From NCBI RefSeq assembly GCF_000039765.1, contig NC_004459.3, positions 2,541,127 to 2,573,126 of the forward strand: a DNA stretch of 32,000 nucleotides, written 5' to 3'. A program made the translations under genes and the position numbers. The DNA comes from Vibrio vulnificus CMCP6 (GTDB taxonomy: Bacteria > Pseudomonadota > Gammaproteobacteria > Enterobacterales > Vibrionaceae). The notes under the pieces were generated by a model. It saw only the letters and a list, made by a program, of their open reading frames with translations, did no database searches and was not told the DNA's origin. Below are positions 25,937 through 32,000 of the stretch, piece by piece (position 1 is the first letter of the stretch; the number at the start of each line of letters is the position of its first letter).

Positions 25937-26061
25937 ACTAACAAACTGCTCAAGAGGGATTCGCAACGCGTGGCATTTTTGCTATGCGTTGGTTTTAGTG
26001 TTTAAGGTGGTTTGCGGCGGCTTTGGTATTGCGTTGCTCACCCCTTAGCAGGGCGTTAGTT
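25937..26061 (+). repeat. attC site 41
   Basis: R'' ACTAAC, R' GTTAGTT; arm class 2; stem extended by TGCAAAC/GTTTGCA. Confidence 0.9.
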
Positions 26062-26391
26062 TGCAAAGTAAGCAAAAGGCTAGTCCGGTTTCTGTGCTTT
26101 GCACCTGTTGGTTTGCCAATTTCACGAACTTTCCGGTGGCACTATATGGGAAGTGATCGCGGTGGGGTGGTCGTTTACTGGCTCTAACTTTTTTGTCATC
26201 GTTCTTTTACGCTGCTTCTTTTTCTTTGCGGCTAATTGCTCCCAACTACCCTTTGTCGCACTTCGCTAAGTCTGTTTTGTCGGTTGGGTTTGAAACTCTG
26301 GCTTCCAGTTTTGCATCTGGGTTCAAAGTCAGTAGTTTTGGCCTTAATTCAGCATGTTGCTGCAAAAGCGCTGCCTACATTAGGCACGCAA
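26062..26391 (+). other. gene-less cassette body (singleton)
   Basis: Only overlapping 60-67 aa ORFs of low plausibility. Its termini match those of the preceding cassette. Confidence 0.6.
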
Positions 26392-26515
26392 ACTAACAAA
26401 ACGCTTAAGACGGACTAACAAACGCGTGGCATTTTTGGTTTGGTCGAGTTGGGTGTGTAAGGTGGTCAGTTGAGTTGAGTGGTAGGTTTGTTAGCCACTT
26501 AGCGTGGCGTTATGC
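26392..26515 (+). repeat. attC site 42
   Basis: R'' ACTAAC, R' GTTATGC; unique arms (CTAACAAAC / GTTTGTTAG). Confidence 0.9.
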
Positions 26516-26860
26516 TTAATCAAGTAAAATCAGTGGTTTATGGTTTTTCTTTGTTCCCTCAGCTTGTCAGTTTGATGTTTGTCGGCAAGTTGGCTTTTGT
26601 GTGCGCTATTTTCTGGACATCCATTCTTGGTCGCTAAAAATTCTGAGAGTTGCCTCAATCAATTTTCGGGCAAGCGCGAGGTTAGGGTGGCTGGCTCAAT
26701 CAGCAATTTGATCTTAGGTTTTTGAGTTTTAGCGGCCGAATTTCAAAGCCCAGATTTTCAAAACTATGAGTCATTTCGGTTTTCACGTTTTGGCTTTTGT
26801 TTGTAAATCAAAGTCGAGTTAATCTTGTTTCCAGAAAAACGTAACCCATTGAAGCTTAAG
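26516..26860 (+). repeat. gene-less cassette body, family A copy A7
   Basis: Family A blocks present throughout. Confidence 0.85.
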
Positions 26861-26986
26861 CATAACAAGGCGTTCAAGAGGGATTCATGCCGCGTGGCAT
26901 TTTTGGTATGTGGTGAGTTTTGGTGGTGAAAGTGGCTTGCGGAAGGTTGGTTTAGGCGGCATTCACCCCTTAACGCAGCGTTATAT
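26861..26986 (+). repeat. attC site 43
   Basis: R'' CATAAC, R' GTTATAT; arm class 1. Confidence 0.9.
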
Positions 26987-27422
26987 TTATCCACGTATTT
27001 CCATAATCCATTTGATGCTTATGTATGTGTGTAGTTATAATCAGAACACGCAACTTGGGCAAGGCTCTTTTTGCTAGAAGTGCATTCGCATCTTAGATGG
27101 TCAGGCGACTGTTGATGATAGTTATGTTGAATGGTTGCACACTTTGCTGCTTTCACTGCAACTGAGAGCAAATAATCGTTGGTAAGGATTGCAAAACCTT
27201 ATTCAGCGCGTGACGGCCACTCACGTAAAATATCAGGATTAACTCTTGAGTCGGCTCGAGAATTATCAGGCGAACTTTATGTTTACTGTTAAAACTCGAA
27301 ATATAGTGGTTTCAATTGATGTTGCTGCAATAATTAGGGCTTCGGCTTTATTGTTGGTGCTTTTTTTGTAACCTTTGGTTGGGGCATCTTTGCCCCAAAC
27401 CATAAATCTCCAACAATATAAA
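26987..27422 (+). other. gene-less cassette body (singleton; contains a 30-codon hydrophobic mini-ORF)
   Basis: No ORF of 60 aa or more lies inside the cassette. Mini-ORF 27279-27371 is followed by an 8-bp stem hairpin at 27379-27398. Confidence 0.55.
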
Positions 27423-27548
27423 TATAACAAAGCGTTTAAGACGGATTCCCAACGCTTGGCATTCTCAGTTTGTTTCAACTTTAGTGTTTACGGCTCAATG
27501 CCTTAAGTTTGGTGGCCGCGTTGCTCACCACTTAACGCGGCGTTATGC
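27423..27548 (+). repeat. attC site 44
   Basis: R'' TATAAC, R' GTTATGC; arm class 4. Confidence 0.9.
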
Positions 27549-27892
27549 TTAATCACGTAAAATCAGTGGTTTATGGTTTTTCTTTGTTCCCTTGGCTTAT
27601 TGGTTTTGTGCTTGTCGGCAAGTCGGTTTCATTGGGCGCTGCTTTTCGGACACTTATTCTTTGGCGCTGAAAATTCAGAGAGTTGCCTCAATCAATTTTC
27701 AGGTAAGCGCGAGGTTAGGGTAGCTGGCTCAATCAGCAATTTGATCTTAGGTTTTGAGTTTTAGCAGCCGAATTTCAAAGCCCGATTTTCAAAACTATGA
27801 GTCCTTTCGGTTTTCTACGTTTTGGCTTTTGTTTGTAAATCAAAGTCGAGTTACTCTTGGTTCTAGTAAAACGTAAGCCATTGAAGCTTAAG
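27549..27892 (+). repeat. gene-less cassette body, family A copy A8
   Basis: Family A blocks present throughout. Confidence 0.85.
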
Positions 27893-28017
27893 CATAACAA
27901 GGCGTTCAAGAGGGATTCATGCCGCGTGGCATTTTTGGTATGCGTTGGTTTTAGTGTTTAAGGTGGTATGCAGCGGCTTTGGTATTGCGTTGCTCACCCC
28001 TTAACAGGGCGTTATGT
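27893..28017 (+). repeat. attC site 45, chimeric (class 1 left arm, class 2 right arm)
   Basis: Left arm GATTCATGCCGCGTGGCA and right arm GCGTTGCTCACCCCTTAACAGGGCGTT. L-box pairing drops from 7/7 to about 3/7. Confidence 0.8.
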
Positions 28018-28037
28018 AACAAGGAGAGTTTGGCTAA

Positions 28038-28544
28038 ATGGAAGTAATATCTGAAAGGCTACGGATGAAGCCATTATCGGGAAATGACTTGTCTTTATTT
28101 CTACAACTCCATACAAACCCAAGTGTCATTTCGCTCTGTTTCGATGAACTGCCAAAGTTAGAAATTGAGAGTAAATTTAAATCTCGATTAGCATCTTGGT
28201 TTGTAGATTCGGAGCATTGGTTATGTTTAGTTGTTGTCGAGTCCACAACGAATAAAGCAGTAGGTATAACAGGTTTTTGTGTTAACGATTCTGTTGCTGA
28301 AGTTGGGTTTATGTTTTTACCCGAATATCATGGGCTCGGGTATGGTACAGAGTCACTGCAAGCCCTCATAAATTATTCAATGTCAGAGTTCGGCATCGAT
28401 AAATACAGTGCAGTTGTCACCGAGGGCAACATTGGTTCCGAAAAGGTACTTACAAAAGTGGGTTTTGTGCTCGATAGGATAGTGCCTCAAGCTTATGAAA
28501 TTGGTGGTCATTTGTACGCAGACCATGTCTACAAATATGCGTAA
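28038..28544 (+). CDS. GNAT family N-acetyltransferase (second copy of the 430-936 cassette)
   Basis: Differs from 430-936 by two substitutions (P53S at 28194, V168A at 28540). Confidence 0.8.
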   Translation: MEVISERLRMKPLSGNDLSLFLQLHTNPSVISLCFDELPKLEIESKFKSRLASWFVDSEHWLCLVVVESTTNKAVGITGFCVNDSVAEVGFMFLPEYHGLGYGTESLQALINYSMSEFGIDKYSAVVTEGNIGSEKVLTKVGFVLDRIVPQAYEIGGHLYADHVYKYA

Positions 28545-28552
28545 AATTGTTA

Positions 28553-28678
28553 CATAACAAGGCGTTCAAGAGGGATTCATGCCGCGTGGCATTTTTGGTT
28601 TGCAGTGAGTTTTAGTGGTGAAAGTGGTCTGCGGAAGGTTGGCTTAGGCGGCATTCACCCCTTAACGCAGCGTTATTG
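28553..28678 (+). repeat. attC site 46
   Basis: R'' CATAAC, R' GTTATTG; arm class 1; identical to attC 2 up to the crossover point. Confidence 0.9.
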
Positions 28679-28691
28679 CGCAGAGGCAAAA

Positions 28692-28985
28692 ATGAAGCAT
28701 AAACAAAGAGAGCTGTTAGCATATATTGAGTTGGAAAGTGGTACTGTTTTGATTGATATCGTCAAACTGACTCGAAACGGTCGCTCTTATTATTTTCAAG
28801 GTAAAAGATGGTTACGCAATCAATATGGATTGGGTTGCGATGATTGCACATCAGAATCTGGGGATAAGCTAAATATTTCCATTTTGAGTCGAAGACATGC
28901 TCCTAAGTGGATTGAAGGCAAGGTGTTGCGTGTATCTGAAAGGGCAAAAGAACGGTATGAATTTTGGCTATCAAATGGACGCTGA
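28692..28985 (+). CDS. hypothetical protein
   Basis: Start moved to MKHKQRELL downstream of the attC. 97 aa. No family recognised. Confidence 0.5.
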   Translation: MKHKQRELLAYIELESGTVLIDIVKLTRNGRSYYFQGKRWLRNQYGLGCDDCTSESGDKLNISILSRRHAPKWIEGKVLRVSERAKERYEFWLSNGR

Positions 28986-29008
28986 CAGTGGCGCCGTTAG
29001 CTCAGCGC

Positions 29009-29133
29009 AATAACAAACTGTTCAAGAGGGATTCACAACGCGTGGCATTTTTACTATGCGTTGGTTTTAGTGTTTACGGTGATATGCAGTAGCTCTAGTA
29101 TTGCGTTGTTCACCCCTTAACAGAGCGTTATGC
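29009..29133 (+). repeat. attC site 47
   Basis: R'' AATAAC, R' GTTATGC; arms CACAACGCG / GCGTTGTTCACCCC. Confidence 0.9.
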
Positions 29134-29427
29134 GCCAAAAATTGGATTCACATCCATGCTTTTGTGGAGGATACGGATAATTTCAATATTTTGACTGCCG
29201 ATCTGACGATAAAATATTACGTGGCTTCCTTGTGGAAACTTTCTGTAGCCATCGCGAATTTCGTCACAGGCTTTACCAATGTCAGGATTTTCGGCTAACA
29301 GCCAAAATGAGTCATCAAACTGTTTTAGATAAATATTTCGCTGTTCGCGACCCCAACGTCGAGAGGTAAACAAGGCTATATCTCTTAAATCAGATTTCGC
29401 CTTGTTAGTTAACTGAAATGGTCTCAT
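29128..29427 (-). CDS. parE: ParE-family type II toxin
   Basis: 99 aa. ..DLRDIALFTSRRWGREQRNIYLKQFDDSFWLLAENPDIGK..FPQGSHVIFYR..IEIIRILHKSMD.. is typical ParE and, from memory, close to Vibrio superintegron ParE. ATGA overlap with parD. Confidence 0.9.
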   Translation of the reverse strand: MRPFQLTNKAKSDLRDIALFTSRRWGREQRNIYLKQFDDSFWLLAENPDIGKACDEIRDGYRKFPQGSHVIFYRQIGSQNIEIIRILHKSMDVNPIFGA

Positions 29428-29666
29428 TTTCTCTCTTCGCTATCTAACTCATTGATAAACGAATCAAGGTCATAATCCGCAACTCCACTTTCTTCGCCCT
29501 CAACAAGCAACTGGCGTAAAGTGTTCATTTTAGTTTCTTGGGTTTCAAGTAAACGTAAAGCAGAACGAATGACTTCACTTGCAGAGCCATAGCGACCGCT
29601 TTGGATTTGATTAGCAATAAAACCGTCAAAATGGTCACCCAAAGTAATACTAGTGTTCTTAGCCAT
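29424..29666 (-). CDS. parD: ParD-family type II antitoxin (RHH)
   Basis: 80 aa. MAKNTSITLGDHFDGFIANQIQSGRYGSASEVIRSALRLLE.. is typical ParD/COG3609. GAGGA SD. Confidence 0.9.
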   Translation of the reverse strand: MAKNTSITLGDHFDGFIANQIQSGRYGSASEVIRSALRLLETQETKMNTLRQLLVEGEESGVADYDLDSFINELDSEERK

Positions 29667-29679
29667 AACTTAGTCCTCA

Positions 29680-29725
29680 ATACCAATAGATACCTAATTA
29701 TGGTATTAGTTGGGCTTGGATGCAA
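29680..29725 (-). promoter_or_regulatory. candidate parDE promoter and operator
   Basis: Minus strand reads TTGCAT (29725-29720), 17-nt spacer, CATAAT (29702-29697). ATACC/GGTAT repeats at 29680-29684, 29690-29694 and 29702-29706. Confidence 0.5.
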
Positions 29726-29729
29726 GGCG

Positions 29730-29856
29730 CATAACAAAGCGTTTAAGCCGGATTCGCAACGCATGGCATTTTTGGTCTGGCTTAGCTTTAGTGTTTACGG
29801 CACAATGTTTTAGGTTAGGTGGTCTGCGTTGCTCACCACTTAACGCGGCGTTATAT
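29730..29856 (+). repeat. attC site 48
   Basis: R'' CATAAC, R' GTTATAT; arms CGCAACGCATGG / GCGTTGCTCACCAC. Confidence 0.9.
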
Positions 29857-29872
29857 GATTTGATGAGAATCC

Positions 29873-30181
29873 ATGAGAAAAACAAAAAACGTAGTCGAAA
29901 ATCTGGACGTGAGTTTTAGGACAACATGTCCAATATGTAATAAAAAGCTAACAAGCCAAGGGTTTGAACAGCATAGAAAAATGCATCATAAAAACCTGAG
30001 ACATGCGCAATTCGAGCAGTTAGTGATAGACGCGATTCGCTCTGGTAAGTTAACCGTAAAGATCTTTGACGCAGTAAACCCAAGTTTGAATTCTGCGACA
30101 AGAAAGCTACAAGATGTTAAGCATGCAAGTAGAAACAATTTTTACCGATTGCAGCAAGGTGGAAAGGTAAGTCCGAAATAA
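29873..30181 (+). CDS. hypothetical protein with C2H2-like zinc-finger motif
   Basis: 102 aa, basic. CPICNKKLTSQGFEQHRKMHH. Confidence 0.5.
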   Translation: MRKTKNVVENLDVSFRTTCPICNKKLTSQGFEQHRKMHHKNLRHAQFEQLVIDAIRSGKLTVKIFDAVNPSLNSATRKLQDVKHASRNNFYRLQQGGKVSPK

Positions 30182-30185
30182 ATCA

Positions 30186-30310
30186 TATAACAAACAATTC
30201 AACAGTGATTCGCAACGCTTGGCGCTCTCACTTCGGGTTGAATTTAGTGTTTACGGCGCAGCCTTCAAGTTCAGTGTATGCGCTGCTCACACGTTAATTG
30301 GGCGTTATGC
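30186..30310 (+). repeat. attC site 49
   Basis: R'' TATAAC, R' GTTATGC; arms CGCAACGC / GCGCTGCTCACAC (one mismatch). Confidence 0.85.
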
Positions 30311-30655
30311 TTAATCACGTAAAATCAGTGGTTTATGGTTTTCTTTGTTCCCTTAGCTTTTCAGTTTGGTGTATGTCGGTAAGTTGACTTCATTGGGCGC
30401 TGTTTTTCGGACACTTATTCTTTGGCGCTGAAAATTCAGAGAGTTACCTCAATCAATTTTCAGGTAAGCGAGAGGTTAGGGTGGCTGGCTCAATCAGCAA
30501 TTTGATCTTAGGTTTTTGAGTTTTAGCGGCCGAATTTCAAAGCCCAGATTTTCAAAACTATGAGTCATTTCGGTTTTCTACGTTTTGGCTTTTGTTTGTA
30601 AATCACAGTCGAGTTAATCTTGTTTTCAGAAAAACGTAATCCATTGAAGCTTAAG
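30311..30655 (+). repeat. gene-less cassette body, family A copy A9
   Basis: Family A blocks are present. A T-run one nt shorter after the ATG leads to an early stop in that frame. Confidence 0.85.
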
Positions 30656-30781
30656 CATAACAAGGCGTTCAAGAGGGATTCATGCCGCGTGGCATTTTTG
30701 GTATGCGGTGAGTTTTGGTGGTGAAAGTAGTGTGCGGAAAGTTGGTTTATGCGGCATTCACCTCTTAACGCGGCGTTATAT
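30656..30781 (+). repeat. attC site 50
   Basis: R'' CATAAC, R' GTTATAT; arm class 1. Confidence 0.9.
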
Positions 30782-30807
30782 TTTTAATCAATTTTCGAGT
30801 CGAAATC

Positions 30808-31272
30808 ATGGATGAAAGAAGTAGAGTTTACCTGGAACAATATCTGAACTCTTTACCTGATGAGGTCGCTTCCAAATACACTTCGTTCAGCTCAGACTAT
30901 TTCTGTGCAGATGAACACAATGCTAATCTCTGTGCCGAGTTAATCCTTCGTGGTGAAAAGCGTGCATCATGCAGCTTAGACTATTGGTACAGTGAAAAAG
31001 GCGAGCCAATGCCAGTTGTTGGACACCTTCAAGTCGTGACAAATTGGGATGGTATACCGATTTGTATTATAGAAATGACGTCTGTAACCAAGCAAAAATA
31101 CAGCGAAGTAACACCGGAGTTCGCGGCTTTAGAAGGTGAGGGTGACAAGACTTTAGCTTGGTGGCGGGAGGCGCATTGGAACTTCTTCTCAAAAGAGTGC
31201 GTAGAGTTAGAAATATCACCGTCGGAAGATATGTTGCTAGTACTAGAGCAGTTCAAAGTGGTGTACAAATAA
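30808..31272 (+). CDS. ASCH domain protein
   Basis: 154 aa. ..LILRGEKRASCSL..VVTNWDGIPICIIEMTSV..FAALEGEGDKTLAWWREAH.. resembles ASCH (YqfB-like) proteins. Confidence 0.6.
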   Translation: MDERSRVYLEQYLNSLPDEVASKYTSFSSDYFCADEHNANLCAELILRGEKRASCSLDYWYSEKGEPMPVVGHLQVVTNWDGIPICIIEMTSVTKQKYSEVTPEFAALEGEGDKTLAWWREAHWNFFSKECVELEISPSEDMLLVLEQFKVVYK

Positions 31273-31275
31273 AAA

Positions 31276-32000
31276 CTTAGTATCAAGTTTGAAGTGCGAC
31301 ACTTTTTACAGATGCGCATGAATATACTCCGTTGGTGTCCTATACCCAAGTCTTTTGCGTGGGCGCGTATTTAATTTGTGTGCAATTTCATTGCAGAGCT
31401 TCTGTGTTACGTGTGACATAGAAGTTCGTTTTGGTAAGTATTGTCGTATCAAACCATTGGTGTTTTCATTAGTCCCTCGCTCCCATGAATGGTATGGATT
31501 TGCAAAGTAAAACAGACAGTTATGATGTTTTTCCAGTTGTGCATAACCATGAAATTCAGTGCCGTTATCCGCAGTTATCGTCTTAAAAGGTAAGTCAGAG
31601 CGGGTCATGATTTTGCTCATTCTTACGTTGAGCGACTCGCTTGTTCTATCGTCCATTTGCCCTATAAAAGTGTAGCCAGTCATTCTGTCGACTAAAGTTA
31701 CGATACAGTGCTTGGTTCCGCGGCCAACGACGGTATCAATTTCCCAATGGCCAGGCTCATTTCGATGCTCAGCTTTTGCAGGTCTTTCGGTAATATGACG
31801 CTTTGCTGCCAGCCGACCTCGGCTGTCTTTTGAGTTATATCTTTTGCGCCTTTTCTTGGTCGATTGGCGTAGATGTTTCCATAGTGTTCCACCGAGAGTT
31901 TTGTCGTTCCAAATATGCTGATAAATGAGCTCGTGGCTCATTGTTGGATAGCCTCTTACCCTTAGGTATCCGACGATTTGGTCAGGGCTCCAATCCAGTC
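31276..32000 (-). mobile_element. IS30-family insertion sequence, second copy (runs off window end)
   Basis: Identical by eye to 17472-18196 over all 725 visible bp, in the same orientation. Starts 3 nt after the ASCH stop codon. Confidence 0.85.
31306..32000 (-). CDS. IS30 family transposase (5' part beyond window)
   Basis: Same sequence as the 3' part of 17502-18470. The track start at 31941 is only an internal Met. Confidence 0.85.
   Translation of the reverse strand, partial: LDWSPDQIVGYLRVRGYPTMSHELIYQHIWNDKTLGGTLWKHLRQSTKKRRKRYNSKDSRGRLAAKRHITERPAKAEHRNEPGHWEIDTVVGRGTKHCIVTLVDRMTGYTFIGQMDDRTSESLNVRMSKIMTRSDLPFKTITADNGTEFHGYAQLEKHHNCLFYFANPYHSWERGTNENTNGLIRQYLPKRTSMSHVTQKLCNEIAHKLNTRPRKRLGYRTPTEYIHAHL

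Noticed and set aside
27372-27401. Hairpin at 27379-27398 as a rho-independent terminator
   Set aside because: No T-run follows the stem on either strand, so it is reported only as a hairpin next to the mini-ORF.
29101-29919. Plus- and minus-strand ORFs overlapping parDE and its flanking attCs (29101-29298, 29525-29764, 29601-29813, 29710-29919)
   Set aside because: They overlap the well-supported parE/parD genes or run through attC sites.
285-30781. Regularly spaced repeats might suggest a CRISPR array
   Set aside because: The repeats are about 125 bp, imperfect and internally palindromic, with RYYYAAC/GTTRRRY ends. The intervals are 340-1150 bp and contain genes. This is an attC/cassette architecture, not CRISPR.
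1-32000. Search for intI, attI, Pc, tRNA or rRNA genes
   Set aside because: No tyrosine-recombinase-like ORF and no structured-RNA gene signatures were seen. The integron platform must lie outside the window.

Overview
The whole 32-kb window lies inside a sedentary chromosomal integron cassette array of the Vibrionaceae 'superintegron' type. I found 50 attC sites of 113-128 bp, all in the same orientation. Each starts with an R'' box (..TAAC) and ends with an R' box (GTTRRRY). They delimit 51 cassettes of about 450-1300 bp. There is no intI, attI or Pc in the window, and I saw no rRNA, tRNA or CRISPR.

Thirty-four cassettes carry genes, nearly all a single short + strand ORF packed tightly between attC sites, often with the stop codon inside the R'' TAAC. 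Recognisable products:
- six GNAT acetyltransferases, two of which are one duplicated cassette
- two Nudix hydrolases
- a LysE-family exporter
- an HExxH metalloprotease-like protein
- a GFA-family protein
- an ASCH-domain protein
- a ParB-like nuclease-domain protein
- a BRO-N domain protein
- a RelA/SpoT-type small alarmone synthetase homologue
- an inverted parDE toxin-antitoxin cassette
- a cassette with a HigB/Gp49-like toxin gene and an XRE-HTH gene placed tail-to-tail
- a 378-aa AT-rich protein with a DUF559/Vsr-like nuclease-fold C-terminus

Seventeen cassettes have no gene. Thirteen of these belong to one paralogous family with bodies of about 345 bp (subfamilies A, B and C) that has no conserved reading frame. 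This is the most unusual feature of the window.

Other structure:
- two identical IS30-family elements, each inserted in the same orientation just 5' of an attC R'' box
- one cassette present in three identical copies
- one chimeric attC whose two arms come from different attC classes

All family assignments come from motif recognition by eye. No database search was run.
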